Origin: Octopus bimaculoides
Taxonomy: Eukaryota
Direction of reading: 5' to 3'
Assembly: GCF_001194135.2 (NCBI RefSeq)
Contig: NC_068991.1
Span: forward strand, 28,036,057-28,100,056
DNA length: 64,000 nt
Part shown: positions 26,980-38,657 of the stretch, piece after piece
Layout: the number at the start of each line of letters is the position of its first letter
Numbering within the stretch: position 1 is the first letter of the stretch
Position numbers and translations under genes: made by a program
Notes under the pieces: model-generated
Told to the model about the DNA's origin: nothing
Database searches by the model: none
What the model saw: only the letters and a program-made list of their open reading frames with translations

Positions 26980-27116
26980 GGAAATTTAGTGTTGGAAAAA
27001 ATATGGGTCTTAGATACCAAAACTGGACAGATGTTGTAGGCGGCTGGTATGCGGATATAAAAGAATTCACCTATAATGCATCAAATGCATTTCAGAAAGT
27101 AGGACATTACACACAG
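26980..27116 (+). CDS. Copy B CAP exon xKFSVGKNMGLRYQNWTDVVGGWYADIKEFTYNASNAFQKVGHYTQ
   Basis: same length (137 nt), phase and splice sites as 5789-5925; GHYTQ. Confidence 0.94.
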
Positions 27117-27822
27117 GTAAGAATAATCTATTTTATACATCCAAATTTTTTAAAATATCTGAGTATTGTGGAAAACGAATAGTTGTGTTCTAGATAAAAA
27201 AAGATGTCACAATTTAGTAAAAGATAAAAAGAGAACAGACCAGAAGTTAGTAAGAAATTCTAGAAGAAAAAGACTTTATAGTTTTTCAGGATCAAATATT
27301 TTACTCAGTGAAATCTGATTTGTAATTAGAATTTTCAGTATTTCTAAAGTGATTTTTCCAACTTATATACATATTGTTGCTATTATGTTAAACTGTTGTA
27401 TGTCCAAATTTGGCAATATGCATATTTTTCAATATTTATTTTTGCTTGCAATAGCCAGTTCTTTTGGTCAAACTATCATATTTCCAGCTGTTCCAGATGT
27501 CAAGGTATCAAAAATTGTCAAAGTGTAGTGCAACAGTTTTGCTATGAAATGGTGAAACTATTGTTTTGTTTTCAGAAAAAGAAACGTTTTAGACTTACAA
27601 CACCTTTGCATAATAGCAACAATATACATCTTATTGACACCCTACAAATTCTCATAGATTTAGAATTATTTTAACTTCATAATGAAAGATCTAATGAAGT
27701 ATAGCAATGTAAATGTTGTGAACATGTTGAAAGTGAGTATGTGGGGTTTTTTAGTTCCCTGGGCTAAATTGGATGTAAAAGATGGTAGATATAAAATTTT
27801 AAGTATATTTTCATTTTTACAG

Positions 27823-27911
27823 ATAGTCTGGGCAAACACTGCTACTATTGGTTGTGGATTCGCTGATTGCAAAGGTCAAGGAAAAATGTTTGTATGTAAC
27901 TATGGTCCAGC
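27823..27911 (+). CDS. Copy B CAP exon IVWANTATIGCGFADCKGQGKMFVCNYGPA
   Basis: tttacag/gtaagt, 89 nt, paralog of 6645-6733. Confidence 0.94.
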
Positions 27912-28049
27912 GTAAGTCAATGCTTTCAATCTCTTTATAATATTGCATTTTGGTGGTTGGCCAAAATGTATGTTTGGTTTTTCTTGATATCAAATTTCAG
28001 GCACTCCAATAAGTAGCTACTTTAAGCCTGTCTCTTGCACATCTCCACT

Positions 28050-29010
28050 CATTAGAGACTTGATGCCTCGGTTTACTTTCTCACAAGTCAGCAATCAGAC
28101 AGGTTGTATTTTGTATGCTTGAAAATGGAGGACTGAACTGAACATTATCAACACTTCATGTATTTTTATTTTAAGAAATGGCAACAAAAGCAGTAGAATT
28201 GTTCAGGAAGATATGTGCTGTGTATGGAAAGGATGCAGTTACTGAATGTATGTGTCAGGAATGGTTTCCAAGTATGCATTCCAGACATTTCGTGGCTCAA
28301 AATGCACCTCATTCTGGCCAGCCTACTGAGATTTACAAGCAATATTAACCCCCATTATATGGCCAGGATGATTGCAGATAATCCCTAAATATCCAAACTG
28401 AGTCTTCAATACAAACCAGCTGCATCAACTTGGTGATGTGAGCAGGTTCAGTGTTTGGGTCCCACATCAATTGAATGAAAGTAAACTTGGTCAATGGATT
28501 TCCATCGGTGATTCTTGGTAGAAATATAAAGAAAATTATCCTTTTTCGACGGGAATGGTATCACAGAATATAAAATGGATCATCTATAACAATGTGAAGT
28601 GCAAAAGATCATTAGGGAAGTCCAGTGAACCACCACAAATAACCACTAAAGCAGGAGTTCACACACAAAAAGTTATGCTTTCAGTTTAGTGAGACTGGAA
28701 GAGCATTATCGTTTACTAGCTTCTTCCCATATACAGGACCAACAATAATTTGGATGTGTACTGTGCCAATGGACAAATTAAATACAGCAATCCACTTGAA
28801 ATATCTACCACTTGTAATTGTAAGTGCATTGTCTTTCATTACAACGAAGTCAGATCACAGTCTTCTTTGCAGACATACCAGAAATTATTGGGTCTTGGTT
28901 GGGAAGTTCTGCTCTCTCCATATTTGCCACCCTTGCAACTTCTAATTTCCACCTGCTTTGGTTTCTTCGTTGAGTGGAAAAACCTTCAACTCTTCAGTTG
29001 TGATGAAGTG
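28050..29010 (+). mobile_element. Mariner (DD34D-like) transposase relic; internally deleted remnant at about 6880-7075
   Basis: HFMYFYFKK..RKICAVYGKDAVTE..EWF, KWIIYNN, KVMLSV, LGWEVL..PY.LPP motifs. Confidence 0.85.
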
Positions 29011-29440
29011 TATTCCAGTCATGACAAGTTAGCCCTTTTTAACTATTGTACACATCACTACACCTAATGTGTCTTTCCTTGACGGGTGTGATTTGAGGGA
29101 GATTTGAGCACTACATCTAGCAAGCCCAGTGAACACACAGTTATTGATTTTATGTTGGTAATAAATCTATTTGTCACATAAACTTAAGGAAAATTTACAG
29201 ACACATGAAATGAATTATAATGTTTTTTTATAATGTTAATATCTTTGGAGATGAAATATTTCTTGATATTTATATCTATCATACCAGTTAGCTGACAAAA
29301 TTGTTATCATGCTGGGCAAAATGCTTAGCAGCATTTCATCCATCATTTTGTTCGTAATTCAAATTCTACTGAGGCCAACATAGCATTTCATCCTTTCAGG
29401 GTTGATAAAATAAGTACCAGTTGAACACTGTGGTTGATAT

Positions 29441-29602
29441 TATTTACATTATTTACATTTGATGGATATTTGTCCTCATCTTGTTTGTTGTTAACACAAC
29501 GTTTCGGCTGATATACCCTCCAGCCTTCTTCAGGTGTCTTGGGGAAATTTCGAATCTGGTTTCTCATTCCTAAGGTATTTTTTGATGTTGTTATTATTAT
29601 TA

Positions 29603-29637
<35 letters not shown>

Positions 29638-29733
29638 GTTCAGGATACTGCTTGGAATCGAACTCGGAATCTTGGGGTTAGTAGCCTGTGCTCTTAACCA
29701 CTACGCCATATGCCTGTGTGCATATAGAACTTT
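29441..29733 (-). mobile_element. tRNA-derived SINE carrying a hammerhead ribozyme, with 14-bp TSD
   Basis: A-box TGGCGTAGTGG, B-box GAGTTCGATTCC, (AAT)n, hammerhead, (AATGTAAAT) tail; TSD actgtggttgatat at 29427-29440 and 29734-29747. Confidence 0.85.
29493..29538 (-). ncRNA. Minimal type I hammerhead ribozyme motif, family 1
   Basis: minus strand GACAC-CUGAAGA-A-GGCUG(10)CAGCC-GAAAC-GUU^GUGUU; all core nucleotides present. Confidence 0.83.
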
Positions 29734-30100
29734 ACTGTGGTTGATATAATTGATTTACCCGCTTCCTCAAAATTGCTGGCCTCAAGCCAAACTTTGAAGT
29801 TAATATTCATCCAAAGTTTCAATCATTTTGATCTTTAACCTCATCTATCTCTATTTCTGAATAGGTACCTGAATGTTATTAAAAGGTATCTAAGCCTCTA
29901 TACACACCCACATCTAAAATAAATCTTAGGGACATCCAAAATTAGAGTTCACCAAACTAACAAATCCTCTATAACTACCAGCAGGTACATTTTCTGTGTC
30001 CTCTTTCTCATCTCCAATCACTTACAAGTTACAGGGATTTAAACCCAACAACATCAGTTACCGAATAGTTACCAACACAGGCACAAAAACACACACGCAC

Positions 30101-30142
<42 letters not shown>

Positions 30143-30206
30143 ACATAGGCACAGGAGTGGCTGTGTNNNNNNNNNNCACACACACACACACAAACACACA
30201 CATAGG

Positions 30207-30552
30207 CACAGGAGTGGCTGTGTGGTAAGAAGCTTACTTCCCAACCACATGGTTCTAGGGTCAGTCCCACTGCCTGGCACCTTGGGTGTCTTCTGCTATA
30301 GCCTCAGGGCGACCAAAGCCTTCTGTGTGGATTTGGTAGATGGAAACTGAAAGAAGCCCATTGTATGTATGTTTGTGTGTGTGTGTGTGTGTGTGTGACA
30401 CACACACACACACACACACACACACAACAGGCTTCTTTCTCTTTCCATCTACCAATTCCACTCACAAGGCTTTGATCAGCTTGAGGCTATAGCAGAAGAC
30501 ACTTACCATACATGGCACGTAGTGGGACTGAATCCAGAATTATGTGGTTCCT
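30207..30552. mobile_element. Two copies of an abundant tRNA/CORE-like SINE in inverted orientation (+ 30207-30370, - 30425-30552)
   Basis: ggcacaggagtggctgtgtggtaag...accttggg...gaccaaagcc; other copies about 9661-9820(-), 10820-11200(-), 25955-26100(-), 34478-34855(+), 57040-57412(+). Confidence 0.8.
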
Positions 30553-30797
30553 CTGTTGGATCAACTGGTACTTCTATTACAGCAACTTGTTCGTCTAGTG
30601 GTTCTTTTAAACCAACTGGTCCTTCTACCTGGGAGAAAATTCTTATTTTCTTGTATAATTTTTGAGTGCTTATTTCAGGTATATGAAATAGAAAATCACA
30701 AGATATTGTCTTATATTCAATATTACTATACTGAATATTACCTTCTCTCAACTTTTAGAAAATTAATTATTTTAAATGTTTTTTTTTTATTTTTCAG

Positions 30798-30862
30798 AGG
30801 AAACGCTCATGACACTTATAACCTACCATATAAATCATGTAAAGGACCTACAAAACTCATTG
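30798..30862 (+). CDS. Copy B exon GNAHDTYNLPYKSCKGPTKLI
   Basis: ttttcag/gtgaga, 65 nt, paralog of 10386-10450. Confidence 0.92.
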
Positions 30863-31094
30863 GTGAGAAGATATTTTAAAAAGCACACTTCTTTGTCCGT
30901 CAATAAGAAATACATAAACTAGCGATTAGAGTTCTGCATCATTGAATTAAGTGATTTCCTAAGCATTGTGTCTTATGTGCTAATGATTTTAATGGCTCAA
31001 TACCTAACAAATTCATTATAATTTAAATTTGATTTCTGACATAATTCAATAATATAATATATTAATTCATGAAAACTTTCTCATTTACTTTTAG

Positions 31095-31196
31095 ATTGTA
31101 AAGGAAGGGTTTGTCGGAATTGGAGTACAAGGATTGGTGATGGTTGTAAGTGTAAATGTTTGAAGAGCCGGATCTATCATGGACCACAATGTAGAA
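31095..31196 (+). CDS. Copy B EGF-like exon DCKGRVCRNWSTRIGDGCKCKCLKSRIYHGPQCR
   Basis: cttttag/gtaaat, 102 nt, six Cys conserved with copy A. Confidence 0.9.
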
Positions 31197-31308
31197 GTAA
31201 ATATATTTTATCTTTTATCTTTTCCTTTTTGTCTTTTCCTCTCTCTCTCTCTCTTTCTCTCTCTCGCTCTCTTTCTCACTCACTTTCCTTCTCTCTCTCC
31301 CTCTCTCG

Positions 31309-31339
<31 letters not shown>

Positions 31340-33317
31340 ATCCTCCTCTGTACTATGTAAAGCAAGACTGGAGGATCAATCAGTTACCCAATCCCATATT
31401 TGCTTCTTGTCAAGCCAAGAAAGGCAAGATGTCTAAGTAGTGGCCACCCTCTGACAGATTTATGGTAGAGCTTGAAGTAGTGGTGACCCGCTGGACTACA
31501 TCCCTGCTCATTGCTATTAGGACAGAGGTGCTATCCACAAGTGCGAGCCCGTGAGTCAGAACAGCTGTTCCAGCATGTCTCCTTCACCATCCCCGGGGCA
31601 ATGCCTCTCGGATTTTGTCCACCAGGAGCATGAAGCAGACTGACAAATCATTTTAGTTATAGTTGTTTTATTGACATTAAGTACAAGACACCTGTTTCTA
31701 TCTCTGTTACACTCTAAAATTTTATCATCTGACACAAGATCACCTCCTCCAATGCCCCCTCCCTTCTCAAAGGATCTTTCTCTTGCAAGTTACTTGGTGA
31801 CCCAGCCAGTGCTGATGCCACTTCAAAAGCGTCCAGTCCACACTGTAATGTGGTTATCATTTGGAAGGGCAACCATCCAACTGTAAAATCCATGCCAAAA
31901 CTAATCTTGCCATGTAAAAAGCACTCAGTCGTGTCTGCTGAGAGGTTGGTGCTAGGAAGGGCATCCAGCCATAAAAGCCATGCCAAAACAGACACAGAAG
32001 TTTGGTGCATTCTTCTGCCTGGCCAGCTTCTGTCAAATTGCCCAACCCATGCCAGCATGGAAGGCAGAAATTAAACAATAATGATGGTGATGAAAACAGA
32101 ATAAAGATACTTGAATGATATAGGAATATATGAAAGACAGCTAATACCAAAAGCTATTGCTAACTAATGAACTACAGGTAATCAACATTTATATTAGCTA
32201 TAATATCAGATTACCTGATATAGTTCATGTATATCAGGTAACCTAACTGCCTCAGATTACGTAAATGGTTGTCTGACAAACTCACAATAATAATTTAGCT
32301 GTCTACCAAAAACAACTCTTAGATATCTCTGGCATTTAATATACTGAAGCAATATCTTTGGTCCCTCATATATACTACAGTAGGAGGGATGGCAGTGGTG
32401 ATGGTGGTGGTGGTGGTGGTGGTGGTGGTGGTGGTGGTGATGGTGGGGTTATTATAATTTCTTAGAAAAAATAAAAAAGTCACCAGAAATTTTGTTATTA
32501 TACTCTACTGATAAGTCCCAATATCTTAGAATGGATATTTAAAGCAAAACATATCTAATCATCATCATCATCATCAGTACCACTTGTCACTTTTATTGTC
32601 ACTATTTTAATGTGCTTTTCTTTGCCATTGTAGACTGCATAGATGCTAGTATGATGCTTAATACTATTTCAATTAAGCATCCATTAAGCAAAACATCTTA
32701 AGAACTGTCTCTACTAAAACTTCTCACATCTTCTTCACTCTTCTCTTACCTATGTCATCATCTTCTACCAGTGCACACTACATTTTGTATACAAGTCATT
32801 GACTAGAACTAGAACATTTGTCTCTGCTGCTTACATCAGCTGATGTCTTCAATGTCCAGATAGTCTCAACACAGCAGTGCACCATTTTTCATGTGGATTA
32901 ATGTTACACATTCCATACACCATGCATGTGTCATTTCTTTCCAACCTCTGTAATAGATCTTCTACAGTCACTGTCCATGTCCCTATTCCATAACATTTGG
33001 TATCACACATCTCGCACCACCATTATGCAGTCTAACTCTACACAAAGAATCAGAATGAACACGTTCACCCAACTTCTTTGTCACCTTCCTTATACTAACA
33101 ACTATTCTTTCATCAAATCCAGCTCTTTTGTTATTTATGTCACATATGCATTTATCACACCTAAAGGGACTCTACCTACATTTTTTTTTTTTTTGTATTT
33201 CTCGCTGTTTACATTATATGTACATTGAACTTTCTCACTTAATTTGAAATAATACCACTTCTGAGATGAAAGTGAGATTTTGCTTTCCCCATGAAACAAA
33301 TTCTTGATTTTTTACAG

Positions 33318-33442
33318 TGAACTGTGCTCGAGGCAAAGAAAATGCTCATTGTGGTGGATATTTCACAAAAGAAGATTGTATTGAGTATTCCAATGTTCCA
33401 TTCATATGTCCTGAGACGTGTAACCTGTGTCCAAGTGAGTAA
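33318..33442 (+). CDS. Copy B ShKT exon [41 protein letters not shown]
   Basis: tttacag acceptor, six Cys, TAA 33440-33442, AATAAA 33852-33857 after the gap. Confidence 0.9.
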
Positions 33443-35812
33443 ANNNNNNNNNNNNNNNNNNNNNNNNNNNNNNNNNNNNNNNNNNNNNNNNNNNNNNNNN
33501 NNNNNNNNNNNNNNNNNNNNNNNNNNNNNNNNNNNNNNNNNNNNNNNNNNNNNNNNNNNNNNNNNNNNNNNNNNNNNNNNNNNNNNNNNNNNNNNNNNNN
33601 NNNNNNNNNNNNNNNNNNNNNNNNNNNNNNNNNNNNNNNNNNNNNNNNNNNNNNNNNNNNNNNNNNNNNNNNNNNNNNNNNNNNNNNNNNNNNNNNNNNN
33701 NNNNNNNNNNNNNNNNNNNNNNNNNNNNNNNNNNNNNNNNNNNNNNNNNNNNNNNNNNNNNNNNNNNNNNNNNNNNNNNNNNNNNNNNNNNNNNNNNNNN
33801 NNNNNNNNNCAATGTTAACAGGTCATAGGATTGTTCAACCATTGTTAGGACAATAAATGTATTTGTATAAAGATAAACTAGGAGTTGGTATATAGAAGTA
33901 AGTTACAAAAGGTAACTACAGGTAAATAGAAATAGGTTTCCAGAGATTAATAGGCAAGTAGGCAAACATTTAGATGTATGATTGTCGTCAATGTATTTGT
34001 GAAAAAGGCATATTTATAATATATGCTTTTTACAACTATGGCCATCTTACTAGTGTTGGTGCTATGAAAAAGTACTCAGTGCACTCTGTAAAGTGGTTGG
34101 CATTTGAAACCATGCCAAAGCAGACATTAGTGCAAGATGCAGTCTACTGACCTGCTGGATCCTGTGAAATTGTTCAACCCATGCCAGCATAGAAGATGCA
34201 CTTTAAAGGATGATTATACATATTTAAATGTAAAAAGAAGCAGGGAAAAAGTTGCAAGTTGCAAACACTATATCTGCTGTAGCTGTATAGCTGTTCTAAC
34301 CTTTACACTTTGGTGCAGTGGTTAGCACAACATTTGACTGCCTAACATAACAGACTTAAAGAGAGTAGCTACAAAAACAAATTAGAGACTTGTCAGTGAG
34401 GATCTCAGTCCACACAGTATTTAAAGTATACTATTATATGTTATATAATATAGAAGATGATATATATTATTTCAGAGTCATAGCCGTGTGGTAAGAAGCT
34501 TACTTCCCAACTTCATGGTTCTGGGTTCAGTTCCACTGCATGGCACCTTGGGCAAGTGTCTTTTACTACAGCTTCAGGTTGACCAAAGCCTAACAGAAAG
34601 AATCCTATTATATATTTGTGTGTGTTTGTCCTTGTGTCTATGTTTGTCCCCCACCACCAGTTGACAATTGATGTTAATATGTTTACATTTCCATAATTTG
34701 GCAGTTTGGCAAAAGGGACCAATAAAAAAAGTACTAGGCTTTAAAAAAGTAAATAAGTACTGGTCTTGATTCATTTGACTAAAAGATTTTCAAGGTGTTG
34801 CCCCACCATTGCCCTAGTCAAATGACTGAAACAAGTAAGAGATAAAAGATAAAAGAATAGTATAGAAAATGAAAAGTATAATTCATTAACAAATTACTTT
34901 TATGACAGGAACCAAAATGTCCTGACGACATTTCTGATATTTTGATACATATAGGAATATTTGAAATATAAAAATTGAAATTCATGTAAAAGTATATGAA
35001 AGAATTCCAGTTGTTTGTGGCTGTTTCTAAAGTTATATGCCAAAGATATTGCCTGTATAATTAACAAAGTAGATAAGCAAAGAAATAAATCTGCCATTAG
35101 CAGAGTCTATAAGGAGAGGGACTTATTCATAGTTATTTGAATGTCTACTAATGTTTATATAAAGCAAAAAAGCAACAAAAATATTGCAAAACTTTTGGCT
35201 CAACAAACGATGTATCTATATGTATATATATNNNNNNNNNNNNNNNNNNNNNNNNNNNNNNNNNNNNNNNNNNNNNNNNNNNNNNNNNNNNNNNNNNNNN
35301 NNNNNNNNNNNNNNNNNNNNNNNNNNNNNNNNNNNNNNNNNNNNNNNNNNNNNNNNNNNNNNNNNNNNNNNNNNNNNNNNNNNNNNNNNNNNNNNNNNNN
35401 NNNNNNNNNNNNNNNNNNNNNNNNNNNNNNNNNNNNNNNNNNNNNNNNNNNNNNNNNNNNNNNNNNNNNNNNNNNNNNNNNNNNNNNNNNNNNNNNNNNN
35501 NNNNNNNNNNNNATATATATATATATATATATATACATACATACAATAGGAACCATTTAAATAATTTATTGATAATGTTATCATTATTGCTATCAAAGTT
35601 TAATTATATTTCAACTAGTTATTGTTATCTAAGGGTTCTATCCCAAAGTGGTTATAGTAAAAGTTAATAATAGACAGGTATACCTATATACATACATGTT
35701 TACATGTGTGTGTTTGTGTATACAATATGTAAATTTATAAGTATACATACAAATATGCATATATATATATACATACATGCACGCACACGCAAACACACAC
35801 ACACACACACAT

Positions 35813-35846
<34 letters not shown>

Positions 35847-36084
35847 GCATGTATGTATTTATATATGTCTGATCAGATATTCAGTGATATAAACAGAAAA
35901 GTCTTTTTCAGCTAAACTGGCATTATCTGAATATGTTCAACCAGTCTAATCACTCACAACAATTCACTATGAAATACACACAACATTCTGTTATTAACAA
36001 TGTTACCATGTCTTGTCTTATTCACCTTTTCCTGATCATTCTGGTCAATTTATTTCACTCTGATTTCTTTTCTGCTCTCCTTTG

Positions 36085-36126
<42 letters not shown>

Positions 36127-38049
36127 TNNNNNNNNNNTTTTGCAAACAACTTGGAAATTCAAATGCTACCTGTTGAAAGCTCCGCATATTAGATACTAAG
36201 AAGTTCATGGTGTCAACAGGAGAGAATGTATGCCATTTTGGGGCCTTCCTCTCAATGGTGGTTTTTACCTTACAATGAGTTAACCTTGGTGACAACAATA
36301 GCCTCTCACTGTGTCCAATGAATCCTCTACTTCCAACTGCGCTTGGAAAACGATCTGCTTTCCAGCCTGTGTCTTCATATTCCTCAAGGAAGCTTTTATA
36401 ATGGCTGATCTTTCAACCCCAAGTTAATATTCATTTCCTTTGTAACTGGAATGGGAATGAATCCTTGGCACCAAGGAAAATCTGCAGCCACCCCACAAGG
36501 AAGTTTCTTCTTCTTCAAATGGATCTGCTGTCCTGAACGCAGAAAGGTAATGAAATCTGTTTGATTTCTTCAGTGTTTTTTCTCTACTGTTGATGAAAAC
36601 AACTTTGTTCCTTATAGCATTGAAGATGACCTTAAGGATGAGATTGCATCTCCATGTATATCTATCTATTCAATAGCAGCAGTTGAAAAGAATATATTTC
36701 AGTGTTCTGACATCTGCATTTCTCATTCTTTGATACATTCCATCATACTAGATTTGTAGGCAACGGCAAAACATCATAGGATGAATGAATCTGGAAACTT
36801 AGATGTGATTTAGTCCACATCCATATTTCATTCCAACTTATTTTTCCCTCAACTACGTGTTTCTCCTATCTTGTCATCTGTCCTTGAGAGCATTGTATTA
36901 TATNNNNNNNNNNNNNNNNNNNNNNNNNNNNNNNNNNNNNNNNNNNNNNNNNNNNNNNNNNNNNNNNNNNNNNNNNNNNNNNNNNNNNNNNNNNNNNNNN
37001 NNNNNNNNNNNNNNNNNNNNNNNNNNNNNNNNNNNNNNNNNNNNNNNNNNNNNNNNNNNNNNNNNNNNNNNNNNNNNNNNNNNNNNNNNNNNNNNNNNNN
37101 NNNNNNNNNNNNNNNNNNNNNNNNNNNNNNNNNNNNNNNNNNNNNNNNNNNNNNNNNNNNNNNNNNNNNNNNNNNNNNNNNNNNNNNNNNNNNNNNNNNN
37201 NNNNNNNNNNNNNNNNNNNNNNNNNNNNNNNNNNNNNNNNNNNNNNNNNNNNNNATATATACTTCCGGTCTCGTTGAAGAAAGACGTGCATTTTCGTTCT
37301 CCTGAAACAACCCAAAAGAGATTGCATAAATCGACGATAAAATCTGCTAAAACTGACAAAACATAGACCTTGTTATATAAGAACAGTCTACTGTAATATA
37401 CTAATTAAAAAAACGTAATATATTACTCTAAAAGTTGAATATATTACATTAAAGTCAGCGACACAAGCAAGTTATCATCGAAAAACCACGTTGTTACAAG
37501 GGATTGCCTAAATCGAAGCAAAGCTAAAACTGACAGAAGGTAGTACTTGTTACGTCATAACGGTCTACCATAATATATTGATTAAAAGAGAAAAAAAGTA
37601 ATATATTACACTAAAAGTTTAATATAGTACATTAAAGTCGGTGCAACAAGGCATCGTCGATAACCGCGTGGTTACAAGTCGTAGGTTTATTTGCAGTCGA
37701 ATGTAAGAAGCAAAAAAAGAATTGTTTTTGAAAGAAAACTTCTTCGTACAGGAACAAGGATTTGGAATTTTACTTCTTACGAATAAGTATTCTTTTCATT
37801 TGTTTGTTTTCTTTTAACTTGTGTAACATTTGAGTTACGACTTAATCTTTGTTTACTTTCTGAGAATTCTCATTATAATTTTCATTTAACTTTTATTACA
37901 GCGACCACTTAGCTTTGGTTCTCTTTGAAAAATAGAAACCATTACGAAACCCCTTTCTTTTTTCTTATCGTTTCTTTTTTTCACTTCATCTCTTTGCAAT
38001 TATTTAAATTACAAATCCAATTTAGAATTACGAAATTTCGTTTTCCTAC

Positions 38050-38640
38050 ACATCTTCGTTACCTGCTCCCACTCTCTTTTTCATAAGTACCATTTCCTCT
38101 CTCCCTCTCTGTCTTCCATATCTTACTCTTTTTCTCATCTCTCTCCCTCGCTTTCATATCCTCCTCTTTTCTCAGTTCTCTTTCCTTTCCTTTGTATCTC
38201 ACAACGTCTTCCTCCCCTTCTGTCACCTCACCCTCTCCCTCATATACTTCTCATTTTCCCCCTCTTCTCAGTCCGTTTCTCCCTTTCTCTCACATCCTTC
38301 ATCCTTTCCTGTCTCTCCCTCAGTCTCTCTCTTTTTCTCTTCCCATCTTCTACCTCCCTTAGTCTGTCTCTTTCTCCTCCCCTCCTCTCCTTTACTCTGT
38401 CTCTCTTTCTCTCCCCCTCCTCTCCTCACTCTGCCTCTCTTTCTCTCCCCTTCCTCTACCTCTCTCTGTCTCTCTAACACCCCACACTCCCCCTCTTCCT
38501 CATATCACCCTCTCTCTTTCCTTCATATCTCCCTCTCTCTTTCCTTCATATCTCCTTCTCTCTTTCCCTATTCCCCCCTCTGTGTTTCTTTTCTACCTCC
38601 CCCTATCTGTCACTTCCCCGCTATCCTCTACTCCCCTTCT
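38050..38640 (+). repeat. About 600-bp CT-rich low-complexity tract just upstream of LINE ORF1
   Basis: almost purely pyrimidine on the + strand. Confidence 0.9.
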
Positions 38641-38657
38641 GGGCTTAAAAAACGAAG

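Noticed and set aside
36008-36090. Signal-peptide-like MSCLIHLFLIILVNLF as start of a third paralog
   Set aside because: It runs into a (CT)n tract with no donor, and no further CAP exons were found downstream.
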